From contig NC_068993.1 in NCBI RefSeq assembly GCF_001194135.2, positions 64,670,775 to 64,734,774 on the forward strand: a DNA stretch of 64,000 bases. The letters are read 5' to 3'. This document shows positions 1 through 14,374 of the stretch, in pieces; the first letter of the stretch is position 1, and the number at the start of each line of letters is the position of its first letter. The notes under the pieces are model-generated. The model was not told where the DNA came from, did no database searches, and worked only from the letters and a program-made list of their open reading frames with translations. This stretch comes from Octopus bimaculoides (Eukaryota). The position numbers were made by a program, and so were the translations under genes.

Positions 1-260
1 TGCTAGACCAAAGTTGATGGAATCAGTGCAACCGCACACTTAGATTTCTGTGTGTCACAATGGCGTTACTTTTTATTTCTCCGATATCGCTAAAATACCT
101 CAGAAGTATTTTGACTAGACTTAGCCGAATACCCGCTCCCCCCGCAAATGCGTAGCCAAAGGCCGAATGCTAAATATAACACCTGGACGATCTGATGAGA
201 CGAACACCCCCCCCCNNNNNNNNNNNNNNNNNNNNNNNNNNNNNNNNNNNNNNNNNNNNN

Positions 261-310
<50 letters not shown>

Positions 311-1659
311 ATGGAGGGCTTCAATATTAATAGTTGTGCTAAGCTGGATGGTAAATTATTGCACATTGTCTCAGAACTAACGATAGAATCTTTGTGAGAT
401 TGCTCAAGCTGCTTGAATATAACAGCTAAGGTCTCTTCCGAACACTGACGTGTGAAGAAACGCGAAATACATTTTGAATAGTGATGTCTTAGATTTCGGA
501 TGCTTTTAAAAAAGACGGAATAATCAAGGCTGGTGCATCTTTGTAATAGGTCTGCTCTATAAGGGACAACCTAGAATTAAATAATTACAAGAAACGCCAA
601 TCTTGTTAACATAATAGATTCCTTTGTTGTTTGTCTGACGCCGGAAAAAATCATGAGTTAGGAACCAATTACTCGAATCATCGGGATTAATGAAAAATAT
701 TAAACTCAAACAAGAAACATCCATTTCTGTACTTTTATAATGCATCGAAAAGCTATAAATAACGTTGTAAAAAATCATAGAATTCTATTAATTCATGCAT
801 CATAATGTCTATAAGGTATATGCTTAATATCATGTTGGGTCTCTATTAAAATGGATTTCTATAGTTGTAGACTTGCTGTCAACATAGATTTAAGTATTAG
901 ATGTATTGGATCATATTTGCCACCGGTCAGCATATAAATAAGCTTTCTTTTCATTACTTATATGTAGAAATTAGCTTTTAAGATATAAAATTTCCATTTG
1001 GCATTGTTATGCTATTTAGTTTAAAAGGATGAACATCCAACACATTAAATGGTTTTTGAACTAAGTATTTCTTTTTCTTTTGGTTTACTTATTAGTGATT
1101 TGATAGAAGAATCATGTTAAATAAACACTTTTTTTTCTCGTGTTAAGTTGTTTTCCATCTGCTTCTGACATGAAACTGTGTTAAAAACATTAAATAATCA
1201 AATGTGCTGACAGTTCTTTTCTGCGATAGTGGCACATCTAGTCAGGCGCCTAACATTCCATTAATCTGGTTTTGCGCTTTACTCGCTTCATCTATTAAGA
1301 ACTTCTCTCCAGTACACTTGCATCCGCACAAACACACAAACATGAGCGCGTGCACAATGCATTTCAGTGAATGTTATATGCATGTAACATAGTATGTGTG
1401 TAGATATACATGTATGAGAGTGTACATGTGTGTGTGTACTTCATATTTATGTGCGTATGTTGTATATACACACTTAAACACGTGTGTATATTACATGCAG
1501 CTTAGCTTCTGTGATGACATACTAGAGAACTACCGAAAGATTTTAGGGTTCAATTTGTAATATAACTTCAACTTTAATAGTTTGTGACTTCAATGTTATA
1601 GCGTGTGTGATCCTGCATATGGATTATTATAGGTTATAATGAATGATGAGAGCAAATGA

Positions 1660-1860
1660 TGTTCCAAAAGATTGTCTAATTGAAATTGAAAAAATGAGGC
1701 ATCCCAACACGGTTACGAAACCAGTGACTGTAGGAGCACTTGGAGTGATTAAAGAAAATTATTTCAGGATGATCCCTAGCTTATTATCCATGCAGGAAGT
1801 GCAAAAGATTATCTTAAGTGGTACGTCACACGCATTGAGAAAGGTATTCATCGCTATGAA
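1660..1860 (+). mobile_element. R4/Dong-like (RLE-clade) non-LTR retrotransposon 3' fragment
   Basis: ORF 1643..1966 contains DCLIEIEKM...PVTVGALGVIK...QEVQKIILSGTSHALRKV, matching the recalled C-terminal RLE-endonuclease signature (P-V-x-V-GALG...QK...GT..ILRK). Confidence 0.75.
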
Positions 1861-2169
1861 TTTTCTTTCTCTTTTCCCCCTCTATTTTCTTTGTTTAATT
1901 TTTTTTTCTTTTTTTTCCTTACTTTTTCTCTCTGTCTTTCTTCCCCTTTTTCTTTCTATCATATGACTTTGTAAATGAACTACCTGGTGTGTTTATTTTG
2001 ATGGCCTACAATGAGTTTCTTCGCCCTATGTCTTAGGAGGACAACCGGCAAGAAGAAATAGAAACAAAATCGAAAGAAGATAATTATAACAACAATAATA
2101 ATAATATGCTTGTGAACATATGTGGGGATGTCGAAATAGCCGTAGGGAATGAAGTATTCGAGATATCAG

Positions 2170-2406
<237 letters not shown>

Positions 2407-3835
2407 CTCCCCTTTCCTATATGTATTCATCAAGAAAAAAGTTGGCACAACATATTTAGCAAACACACTTCTACTTATTCACATACGTGCGCTGTTTTAT
2501 GGCTGATATTTCGAGTGCTGTTACAGCGGCTTTAGGTCCTTTACATCTGGCTGCTATCTTGTCATTTATATTAAACAACTTCCGAACCCACGAACGTCTC
2601 CGCTTCTTGCCTCACATAATATGTCCGAGCATGACTACCAAACTAATCACAGTATCAACTCATTCTTCCTTGAATCATTCGCTCTCCGGAATGCCTCCTT
2701 TGCAAATGTTCCTACTGTAGTCGTCCACTAGTAACAGTTTAAGGGACACGTTATCGGCAGCCAACCAGCCTCCAAATATATGTATTAATCTGAATGTACA
2801 TGTGTGTGCGCGTGCGTTGTATGTGTGTGAGTGTGTGTGTGAGTGCGCGTCGGCGTGTGTGTGTGTATGTGTGTGCGTGTGTGCTTATGTGAATATACGT
2901 GTGTGTAATCTTTTGTTCTGAGGATAATTTGATTCTTTTAGAATTGTACAGAAATTTATACTAAAATCATTAACATTGCTAAAGAAAACCTGACAGAAAA
3001 GGTTATTTATATTTTCGGCTTTGATCATTTTTAGAAGAAAACATGCGTACATATACAACTACAGGAATGGAAAGAGACAAATATAACTTATGAAATTGTA
3101 TTTATATTCTTTATGATTGGAAACGACTACCATTTTATAATTTAATAACGAATATCTCTCCTGTTTGAATTGAAATTTGTACATCTTAGGTGAATGTTCT
3201 CGTTAAAACAACATCCTGTTTCTTGCAAGATTGTTCGAAGACAAAAAAAATATATGGTAAATATCAACTGAAGTGTGTCGCTAAAATGGTAAATGATACC
3301 ACTGTCAATAACACAGCGAAGGGAAAATAAGTTAAAACCTGCCCCTGGAGAGGTTTCAAACCTAAAAACAACTAGGAGTCAGAGAGCTCCAAGCCCGTCA
3401 GTTACTCGTAATTTTCGTGAATTGGCAATAGACTGACTCAGGTTTACATTTACACTATGTTAAGTTGAAAATAATTCAGGGAAGGTTTAGACGAAGAGCT
3501 AAAACAGATATCTACGAATATATCCCAAACCCCGCAGTATACGCAATCTAGGTTGTCCATTTCTCTGGCGTTCTTCCTAGAGGCAAGACGAAATTTTTTT
3601 ATGTTCGCCGCCCGCACACATCTTTGTCTCTCTACGTTCAGTGGAGTTTAACCTAGCATCGAGTGGTTATCGACTGCTATTTCCATCAAAAGTTGGCACC
3701 TTGCGCCACTTTCTCCTATTTATCAGGTGTCGAAAACATAGTGATATCCGTGGGGCAGCTGATGATAGAGGTATGTTGAATTGTTAGTATGGCTATTATT
3801 GTATGTGCGGAATAGTTTCATAACACATCCATTTG

Positions 3836-3866
<31 letters not shown>

Positions 3867-4970
3867 AGAGGTTGTCTATGTTCAATTCTTATCTAACAGG
3901 ACTGTCTTTTGACACTTACAATATTCAATATAAGTTTAACCTCCTTTTGAACGGGCACAGGGATGCTCCTCTTTGGCTCATTAATGTACACCAGGCCTGT
4001 GTATTACACTATATTTACTGACAGAAACCAGTTACTTTACAAAAGAATGAGGAATAATTTTCCGATATTGGCATCGAAAATTTACATTTAATTTTACATT
4101 ACTCCTATGGTTAGCTCTACCACCACCGTAAAACTACTAAACCAAATCTTCTCACATGCACAAATCCACACACGCATGTACACATACATGCATACACACA
4201 TACACATGTATAAACATATTTTCTTATAGAGTTGCTCATAGAAACATACACATTTCTGTAAATAAATATCTATCCATTCTTATCGCGCATTGCTACGTTA
4301 TTGCTCTCTTTCCTTTTCGATGATCGTATCTATACGATTTTTTAATGTAAGCCCATTCACGCACACAAAACCATATATTTGCTTTTGACATAAGTACGTA
4401 TATAGACATATATTACGTCTACGTACTCTACACGTTGGTATACAAGATTTTAGGCGTGAAACTAACTAATAATATAGAAATGATATTAAATCGGTGCGTG
4501 GGCTGTTGCTATTGGTGTAATGATCCACCCAAAACGATACACATTTACAATTTTTATACTAGCAAACGTTTATACATTTAAAACTTTAGTTGAAGCAGTT
4601 TTTCTTTATGTAGATGGATTTTACCTAACATGAAATTATGTCTCTTGACTTCACTCTTTGTTTCAAATATTATGCCACAATTTACCGCGAGGAAATTGTT
4701 TTCAATGTTCCAAATCAAATTCGCATTGAATGCTGGAATTTCACAGAGATATTTTGAATCTATTCAATTGCGTTTTACAGATCCAAAATGTTTTGTTACA
4801 GATTTAGAAAAGCAATGCTTCTTTACTAAAGCATTAAAATCTGTAAAATATTATTGCGAGCGTGCGTGCGTATTTTGTGTGTGTGCGTGAGTGTATGAAT
4901 GCATATTCTTCTAGGCACTTGTATATTTGATTGCATAATTTTTCCCTTCCTTTTTCTTTATTTCTTGTAG

Positions 4971-5067
4971 ATTCCGTTAATGACTGTTTAGAAACAAAGA
5001 ACTTAACAGCGAGCACGAGTTCATGGCAACTCATTCAGTCTCCCGGATACTTCAGTAAATATGTTAA
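4971..5067 (+). CDS. CUB-domain protein (cubilin/tolloid-like multi-CUB), CUB1 exon a
   Basis: Polypyrimidine acceptor ttctttatttcttgtag|AT and donor AA|gtaagt; 97 nt, phase 1 to 2. Reads (D)SVNDCLETKNLTASTSSWQLIQSPGYFSKYV(K), with the first CUB Cys and the I-x-SP-x-Y motif. Joins 8010 in frame (AA|G=Lys). Not in the ORF track. Confidence 0.9.
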
Positions 5068-6090
5068 GTAAGTTGGAAATATGCCTTGAATTCTTTTTTC
5101 TTTCTTTCTTTTTTTATTCTTCAAGCTACGCCTTATTACAACCCAAATAATGTGATGTTTTCTTAGATAATCCTTACACAAATGACCTCCTTTTAATCAG
5201 ACGATATTGCAAAACGATGAATATATCTCATCATAGTAAATGCTCTTACTTAGTCCCTACTGGTTACCTTACTGTTTTCTTCTGGCTTATTCCATCTATT
5301 TACCCATTATTTACACATTTATTGAAATAAATAAACTCAAGAAACGGTGGAAAACAGTGTCATTGTTTATAGGTTTCCTCTTGGCCAGTCACTGATGCAT
5401 TTCCGACAATGATTCAATCAAAATAGATACCTCAGTGGACTTGTTTTTTTCTTTTTTACTTTTTAGTCTATAATGTTACATCTTTTTGTAGCCTATAGTG
5501 TCAGACCTTTTTTAGCCTATATTGTCACATTTTTAGCCTATAGTGTAACTTTTTGCACGTTTCTTTATCTTCTTTTTTAAATGCTTGACACAAACGAGAG
5601 TTAGATGCTATTTTAAAAGGACTAGCGATCAACAGATTACCAATAGGGTTATTTTAATGTTGTTAAAACTTAATTATTCTGGGTATACTGGATGGAATTT
5701 TATCAATTTTAATTGGATAAGTTTCATTCATATCCTGCGTGAAACTTTTACCCACGTTCACTTAATCTCACAAAACCTAAATAATTCCATTGTTTTCTCA
5801 CTACCTGAAACCTTGAAATAGATTTACATGGAGGGATTTGGTTACAGAGATGACTAGTAAGAAATTGAATTGAATACCATTGATAAAACATCTGAAATAA
5901 TCACAACTGTCCTTGTCACTTTTATATGAAACTATGTTGTATAAGATTTCTAAGAAATCCTTTAGATGCGATCATTGTTCTTTCGCCTTTCACGCCCAGC
6001 ACGATGCCAAGCACAAAATTATTTGCTGCTTTAATTAGATGCAATGCAATATGTTTTACCATTATCATTCCCAACAATCAGTGAAGTTGC

Positions 6091-6129
<39 letters not shown>

Positions 6130-6740
6130 GCGTGTGTGTGTGTGTTTTCTATTGTCTTACAACTGACAATGTCCTCAATTATGCACTCCTCTACTGAGAA
6201 CATAGCAGGTCCGGAAATAATGCACTTGTCTTACAACCTTTCCATGATAAGAAGCTTGCTTCCTAACTACATGGTTCCGGGCACAGTCTCACTGCGCGGT
6301 GACTTGATCAATCGTCTTCTTCTAGCATTTGGTGGGTGAGCATTTGGTACACGGAAACTGAATGAAGCTCGTCATATATATGTATACACGCACACACATA
6401 CTTACACAATAAGTCCTGGGGTTGATGTGCTCGACTAGATGCGATGCTCCAGCATGGCCGCAGTCAAATGACTAAAAAAAAATAAAAGAAAAAAATGCGA
6501 CAATTTTGCAAAAATATTTCCGACTGAAAATATCACAAATGCATGGAGTTAGGATTTTATGCATCCAACAAAGCATTACTGTAAAGCTGAAAATGTTGCT
6601 AATGTAAAAAGAAATGGAATGGTTTAACTTTTTTTTCCTGTAAAAGTAACGTTTTGGACTTACGACACTTTCGCATAATAGCAACGATATATATGTATAC
6701 ACGCACACACACACACGCATATATATATACTTCGTATATG

Positions 6741-6804
<64 letters not shown>

Positions 6805-8009
6805 ACGATAAAATAACAAAGGAACGTTTACTGATAATGTAACTTTATGCTGAGAGTAAATTTTATTGGGAGGATGAAGTTTCCTAAGACTTCACATCTT
6901 TCTTTTTACTCAAAGATATATTCAGATATTCTTATATTCATGTTTCAGTGTGAGATTGTGCGTGTAAACATGTGTGTCTGCGTGTATGTGTGCATGCATG
7001 TACACGTGTTTGAATATCAGGAGAACGGACATTCACAACGATTTTCTGTGAGCTTTCGTCATTTTTAACATGAAACTCAGTTGTTGAAACAATAGCTTCA
7101 AAAACAGAGTTTATCAAGTAATTTATCACCTACTTTGTTGTAATTACCTAAATGTGTTGATGGTCATTGGTCAGTTATCGAAAGAATATTTTAATTATTA
7201 ACTGCTGACAAATTCCTTGCTACTCGTATTTTTTTTTTTATCAACTTGAAATACTGTTTTGCACCAGTCTTTTCTTTTTTACAATTTTATATTTAGCTTC
7301 AATGAAAACACACAGTATCTCGCAATAATCGCTGTTGCTATCAATAATTATTCTTGATATCAACAAATATTACCCCTGCTATCAAATATCACCCCTATTG
7401 TCAATAATTGTTTGTATTATCATTGAACCCCTTGCTAACAATAAATAACCCTCTTATCACTCAAAACAAATAGAGATTAAGATAATGAGTACTATTCTTG
7501 TAAGTGACATCGGTTTCTTATAAATTAGAAATTCCCAAAGTTTAGACAAATTGGCAAATTTTTTCTTGTGCTGGATAAAATGTTCTGCGGCATCGTTCTG
7601 GTTCGCTAAAATCAATGTTCAAATACCCGCCTTTCAGCTTTTCATTTAATAAACAACAAAAGAGTTGCTCGACGGGGTGGGTATGTCGAGTCCGATCCAG
7701 CATTTTGCGTTGTGAGCTTAAATTCCACCTGGGTGCCGATGTAATGTGCGTGGTGGTGGTGAAACTATATACGGTTTCAATTCTTGATTGATTGTAGAGA
7801 TGATTTTTTAATGTGGCGGTTTGGTTAATGGTCAGATAGATCACTAAGTTATCAATTTTAACTCAACAATTATTACACTCAACTCAGACCCATTATTCAT
7901 TTCCTGCCAAACTCACCACCACCACCATCTTCATCATCGTTATCATATTTCGTCCAAATTTCGTCAGTTGTTATATCGATATTACGTCATTCTCATTTGT
8001 GTGTTTCAG

Positions 8010-8134
8010 GAATATGTCTTGCAGTTGGCTAATCTATGCGGGAGATCCGAATTATTCGCTGCAAGTAGACTGGCAACGCGTTGATATAGAATACAGTTTA
8101 GGTTGTTATAAAGATTTCGTACAGATCTATCGCG
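8010..8134 (+). CDS. CUB1 exon b
   Basis: Acceptor tttgtgtgtttcag|G and donor G|gtatgt; 125 nt, phase 2 to 1. Reads NMSCSWLIYAGDPNYSLQVDWQRVDIEYSLGCYKDFVQIYR(G), with the CUB C-x-W-x-I and E...C-x-x-D-x-V-x-I-Y-x-G motifs. Lies within ORF 7999..8481. Confidence 0.93.
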
Positions 8135-8326
8135 GTATGTATTCACTTTCCTTTCACTTTTACCTTGTATTCGCTAATGAAGGCGGAAAAGTGGTCGAAT
8201 CGCCTGGCTGCAGCAACCCTGCCGTATTCATTCCTGAGCTCTTCTCTCTCTGCCCAAATCCTGCCCAGGTCATCCTTTCTTTCTGTCATTCTTTCTTTCT
8301 CCGTTTCGTTCATTCTTTTTCTTGTT

Positions 8327-8436
<110 letters not shown>

Positions 8437-8539
8437 AATCCCCTATGTAATGCCAAGGCCCAGGTTTATTGCACTGTATGATATTGATTCGATTTAAGAA
8501 TTGCGCTTAATGTTCATTACACGACTCTGAACTACTCTT

Positions 8540-9720
8540 TCACGGCCATGTTAATGTCAGGAAGAGAAACTTAATTTGCCAAACACCCTTCCTTACTATC
8601 AATTCGGCGTATGTTGTGAATACCGTGTTTTCGCTAAATGTAGTCCTTAATATTTTTGTCATTTGCGTGTGTGCCAGGTTTAAGTTGTTGAGCGTTACGC
8701 TCGGTTGCATTTGCTGTTCTCTGTTATTGTTTATAAGAAGGGAGATTGTGTATTTGGTTGGTTTATGCGCAGACAAGTATTTAGTTGAAGCAGTAGTACT
8801 ACAGAACCTGAAGAGTTGCAGAAGAATGTATGATATCATTTGCATATAAACCTGCAGGCGTTGTTGCATAGCGGCAAGTCAATTCTGTGATGAAAAGCAT
8901 TTCTACCACATCCATACGACTATTTTTGCTTCGTTCAAAGAACCGAGAACTGCATATTCCAATATGTTCCTTTTTTTCCGATGTTACATTGATTTCAGGA
9001 GACTTGACTGCTACTGATGACCAAATGACAACTGGTATGCTTCCTCATCAGCTCGGGTTGTATGTGGAGGAGCAATATGACATTTATATTGGTAACGATT
9101 GAAAAAAAAATGGGTGAAAGACGGTTTCCTGTAAACCTGAATTTCGTGGAAATGTTGTTGTACACACTACAGAGCATTAACAGTATGGCGGCCTCTTTCG
9201 GTTAGTATTTGGCGTTGCTGAAAATTATGATGAATGTTTATAAGCATTATTACTATTAGTGGATATTGAGGGAACGTGCTCAAAAGATTTGCTGATGTCG
9301 ATGAAAGAATGGTACGTGTGGGAAGCTTTAAGATGTTGCTACGATGTGTTTTCTGGGTTAGTTTTGTGAGTAGTTGTGGTATTTAATAGTTGAGGACTGA
9401 ATTTCTGTTGTGAATTGGAGAGTAGGGTGTGGACTGATCAAGTATTAAACATTTTAGCACGTTTGAGAGTATATGAAGGAAAACTGATGGATCCGTAGGA
9501 TGTTCCTTAACTTGAGTTTGGTCCGGCTTTACAAAAGTTCTATTTTGTGAACTTGGAGACTCTGAGATAATACTGAGTTCAGTAATTCCTTCGGGCCTTA
9601 CGTGCTTTATGTGTATGTTTATTTTCTCCTTTCTCGAGACTTTTAACTTTTTAAATTTCTCTATTCCTTATTGAGCTTGTAAAAGAATTAAAATCGTGTT
9701 CTAATTGAAAAATCCAGTTT
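8540..9720 (-). mobile_element. Highly decayed LINE RT remnant
   Basis: The minus strand has SFIDISKSFEHVP (~9270-9310, like FLDISKAFDxVP) and LYANDII (~8829-8850, like LYADD). The rest is disrupted; boundaries are approximate. Confidence 0.45.
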
Positions 9721-10300
9721 AATCTAACCAATAACGTACACCAATGTTTCAATCTCTACAGGTAGTGTCTTTAGTATTCGGTACGAAGACAGCAATACCT
9801 GTAGGTCCTACTCCAGGAAAGAGTGGTGACTCGGCGTCTTTCATATTCGCAGCTTGACTTATCCTGATATACTGGAGGTGGAGTAAGCTGACCGAGTCAC
9901 CATCAACAAGATTTTGGCTTGCACCTAGCTACTCAGTCACTTTATTCTGCTCCCAACAACAACAACGTCGTCACTTGCCATGCAACATACACAGCATGCG
10001 ATTTGAAAACATTCAGAGATGAAAGCATTTCAGCAAGAGAGCACAAACACGACCCTAGTTTCGATTCCTAGCTATCTGCAAGAGAGATATGCAATCATTA
10101 AAAATTTCCAAAGATAGAAATTTATTGCAAACGAAAGCTAAAAAGTAGTGTACTCCTTGAAAAGCTAGTCCGGAAGCCGGACTTGTAGACGATGCATGCA
10201 ATCGCATTGGCAGTAGTTCTGAATGGATCTCTACAGCAATGGTAGATGTTGCTCTGAGAAAAATAACTGGAACAAAATTTTCCAAGAGCAAATCCATGAC

Positions 10301-10870
10301 ACAGTAATATTGGTTTTAAATTGTGGCACGTGACCAGCAGATTTGGGGACGGGCATATTTTATCGGCCCCAATGTTCAACTGATATTTATCAACCGCGAA
10401 AGGATAAAACGCAAACTTGATCCCGGTGGAAGACGGATTAAATGCCATTAGGCATTTCGTCCGGGTGTGCTAATGACTCTGCCAGCTCGCCGCCAGTAAT
10501 ATTGGTTTTTCAAATGTTGGCACAAGACCAGGAATTTGGCGGGGGGGGGGGATTAAATCGATTACATCGACCCAGTACTCAACTAGTATTTATTTTATCG
10601 ACCCAAAAAGAGATGAAAGACACGGCGGCTTTTGAACTCAGAATGTAAAGACGAACGAAATGGCAGCAAGTATTCGACCCGGAATGATAACTGCTATGCC
10701 TACTCGACACCCTTGATGCCACAGTAATATTAACAAATGCCTTGATTCTGCCGAGCTTGGCTTCGCCTTTCATCCTTTAAGGGGTCGATAAAATAAGTAC
10801 CAGTAGAATACTTTGGTCGATGTAATCGACTTACCCCCAGGCCCAAAATTGCTGGCTTTTTTCCCAATTA
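10301..10870. mobile_element. Cluster of tRNA-derived SINEs: two head-to-tail minus copies (10301-10494, 10495-10711) plus a plus-strand 3' half (~10746-10870)
   Basis: Each shares motifs with the other copies in the window (ggcggcgagctggcag..., gcctttcatcc...ggggtcgat...aagtaccag, tail gtgcc...aatatt). Confidence 0.8.
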
Positions 10871-11094
10871 TATATATATATATATGAGAGGTATTGGTAT
10901 CCAGAAGAAGACCCAAGGTGGCAGGTAACGCTATGTAAGTGCTATGGAAGGACCGAAGTTAAACTCTCGGTTTGATAATGATACGATTGAGGAGTCCAAT
11001 GCGGGTCATGTATGAACATGTATATGTTAAATAAAACGAGACAAGAAAGCCAAGGCTGTGTGGAATTTTCAGGACAATTATAACGAGAAAGTTA

Positions 11095-11142
11095 GTCTTA
11101 CAGCTGTTTCTGGGATATTAGGAATATCCCTTCACCAAAGAT
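11095..11142 (-). ncRNA. Degenerate hammerhead motif (family B, left arm)
   Basis: Reverse complement reads AUCU UUGGUGA A GGGAUA-uuccuaa-UAUCCC A GAAAC AGCU GUA AGAC. Stem II is perfect, but the core has two substitutions. Confidence 0.65.
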
Positions 11143-11445
11143 GATGTGACATGGGTAAATACAGGGAAATAGTAGTTCAATATGAGGAGTTATTTAAGAA
11201 AAGGAAGGAGATGAGGAGTATATAGGGAAACAGAATGAATGCAGAAATAAAAATATATAAAGATGTTATAGTTGCAGTTCCTTTAGAAATTAGAGGAGGG
11301 TAATATGGCCCGTTATTTTTAGCTGTTTTAGCTTTTGACCTAGTGTTAAACCTTTGTTCATTCATTCTCCTATTTCCCTATATATTCCTTATTTCCCTCC
11401 TTATATTGAACTCTAATATTTCCCTTTACATAACCATCTCACATC

Positions 11446-11493
11446 GTCTCTGATGAAGGGATATTCCTAATAGCCCAGAAACAGCTGTAAGAC
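11446..11493 (+). ncRNA. Minimal type I hammerhead ribozyme motif (family B, right arm)
   Basis: Stem I GUCU/AGAC; CUGAUGA 11450-56; stem II GGGAUA/UAGCCC (one mismatch); GAAAC 11478-82; palindromic tetraloop AGCU; cleavage triplet GUA 11487-89. Confidence 0.8.
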
Positions 11494-12173
11494 TAACTTT
11501 CTCTTTATAAATGTCCTGGAAATTCCACACAGTCGCACACACACACTCTCAAACATACATACATACATAGATATATATATAAACTTAATAGCCTTTCAGC
11601 CTTTCAGCCTCGCTCTATAAATAGAATCCGTGTTCAAACGAACATAAAAACAGTTCAACAAGGTTTGTCTGGTATTTTGCTGTCTTATTAGAACAACTTT
11701 CAACTCGTATCTCTTCTACGGAGAAATGAAGCAACTTAAACTTATTTCAGTAGCTTTAACTTGCTTCCTTTCTTCCTCCCACCACACGTATTCTCTCTCT
11801 CTCTCTCTCTCTATCTCTCTCACTTTGTTTCCTTTCTAATGACACTACGGCTGTGATGAAATGAGAACTACATTGTATTCTATATTCTGATTGACTTTTC
11901 CTCCGCAGTCGCTCTCTTCCTCTCTTCCTCTCTTCTTCTCTTCCTCTCTTCCTCTCTCCCTATTTCTGTGTAAATATGAGCATATGGTTATGCGTTATAC
12001 TTTATATACATATATATATATATGGGGGGGGGGGGGTGATGTATGTATATATATGTACGCATGTATATGGTTATCTCATCTCTATCATATCATTGGCTAG
12101 TCGTGCATGGTTACCTGTCTCTCGACTTTTTCTTTTCTACTCTCACCCTCTCTTTCAGTCTCTTTCTCTCTTT

Positions 12174-12208
<35 letters not shown>

Positions 12209-12419
12209 ATTCATTCATTCAGTCAATTACTCTTTATCTCTCTCCTACCCCCACACGACATCCTCTATATCTTTCTGCTCGTATTCGCCCACACAATCTT
12301 AATTCTTTACATCTCTGTTGTAGCATATTTCGTTTTCTCTTTACTTCATTACAAAAATTCTTCTCTTTTCGAACACTTCTTTGTCAATGTATTATGTGTA
12401 TGTGCTTTCCCTTTCTTGC

Positions 12420-12486
<67 letters not shown>

Positions 12487-14374
12487 ATCTCTCTATCTCT
12501 CGCTCTCTCTCTCTCTCTCTTATTTCTGTCTTTTTCTCTTCCCAGTCTCTCGGTCATTGTTTCCCTCCTTTTTTTAATCATTTTCAATGACCCGTACACA
12601 CGCACATACACACATACCTAGTCGTACATTATATGCTAACATATACAAAACTGCATTAATCCCTGCGAGCTCATTAGCTCAAATAGCCAAACACTATGTT
12701 TCTTTCATATTTAAATCACCAAATTATTCTTATTTGCTAGAATTCCACCAGGAATCATATAATTCTCGTTTTCTTTGACCTTCTTGAAATTTAGTTAAAA
12801 CATGAAGGTTTGAAATGGCTATGAGAATTCAAACCATTCCTTTGTATCACTTCTGATCTCAATTTTATGGTCTGTGACAAACTAGAGGCGTCGACATTAT
12901 GTAAATATATTGGAAATGAGAGTGGATGGAGTGTAAGAGGTGAGCTGAGTTTACAGTTATGTTTCAATTCCCAGAATAAGAAATTTCCCTTTAACAATAA
13001 TGTTAATATCCCTAGAGACAATGGAAATGCTTCTACACGGTTGCTGTTCCTGTCGGGAATACGAGCAAAAATAATCTTTTCTGTATATCACATGTATTAG
13101 ATAATATATTCCGCGATCTACTCTCAGCAATATAAAACTATGGGATGGTCACCGTTGGAATGCTTTTCAATCTTTGGCATATGTCATCATGACTGACCGG
13201 TAGCTAAACAGCAGCGTAAATAGTAAATCAATACCAGTGCCATTACTGACCAACTTACATGTCTCTGAAATAAGAAAACGAATGCGAACGCTTTTTGGCG
13301 TGCATGATTCAAGATAGTCTTGGGCACAGAACTCATCCAGCAAATCGATATGAACTTCACTGTTATTAAAAAGAAAAATGAAGGATTGGTCCATGTAACC
13401 CTGATCAAGGAAAACAAAATGGAGATAGCCACATTCAAAGTCCTCTTGAATACTTGGTATGGCAGAGTGACGCAGCAAGTTTAAGCCAATGGAACCAGTC
13501 ACAATACCATGAAAAAGAATGGTCCAATTAATCCTCAATCTTTTTGATTAAGGATTAATTGGTCTTTTTGATTATAAGCCTCACCATATAGCGACTCCTG
13601 GTTTAGTAACATGATGATACTCTGTAATATACAGAGTATCAGGCACCGACTGAATGAAACTCGCCTCATAACTTCAAACAGTCTTTGTCGGAAAGTCTGA
13701 TTTGCAGATGTTGCCAAATACCAATCGTAGAACTAGATAATCTTCGTTGAGAGCATGAACTCTGTGGATTGGTTGGTGTTAGGAAGGGGATTCAGTCGTA
13801 AAATCTATGCCAAAACAGATACAGTAAGTAGCCTGGGGCACTTTTTATACCTGGCCGACTCCCGCCAACGATCTTACCCATGCATTAAACGAAGATGATG
13901 ATGATGATGGTGTGATATATTTCTCCAATAACAACACTTCAAAATTCGATAAACGCTTGATCTCACAATTCGCTTGCCGCACAGATATTTTGAACTTTAA
14001 CAACACACTTATAACACACGTACTTGCCTTTAGATATCCGCGGTATTCCGGAACGTTTCCTCTGAACATTCTGAATAGTTCCGTCTACTGCAAACTTAGA
14101 TTTATTTCGAGTGATATTAAGTCGCAGAAGTGGATCTGTTTGAATCTCTTTCCTAAAGTGTTATTTCATTTCGACTGTTTTCAAAGTTTCGAAGTTAATT
14201 ATGGCTCCTTTAATTATTTTCAATGATTTAAGCCTAGTGCTGCAATACAAATCAGAGATGCTTTACATCAATTAGAAACTGTAGGAGCTGCGATGGGAAT
14301 TTTTCAAGCTCTTCTAAATCCATTATAAAGCTAGAAATCTTTCATATCGTTTGCAGTTTTCTCAGAGTCACAAG

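Larger units (their letters stand above)
10890..11534. mobile_element. Palindromic Penelope-like non-autonomous element (family B, inverted pLTR-like arms)
   Basis: Arms ~11054-11241 and ~11359-11534 are imperfect reverse complements, each with a hammerhead motif facing outward. The left arm extends to ~10890 with sequence homologous in reverse orientation to 56018-56227. Confidence 0.8.

Noticed and set aside
3727-3770. Possible upstream exon (tatcag|gtgtcg...atagag|gtatgt)
   Set aside because: It could end in phase 1, but the peptide (CRKHSDIRGAADDR) is not signal-peptide- or domain-like, so it cannot be supported without transcripts.
13140-13740. Minus-strand ORFs of 123 and 60 aa
   Set aside because: Possibly decayed retroelement sequence, but no diagnostic motif could be recognised.
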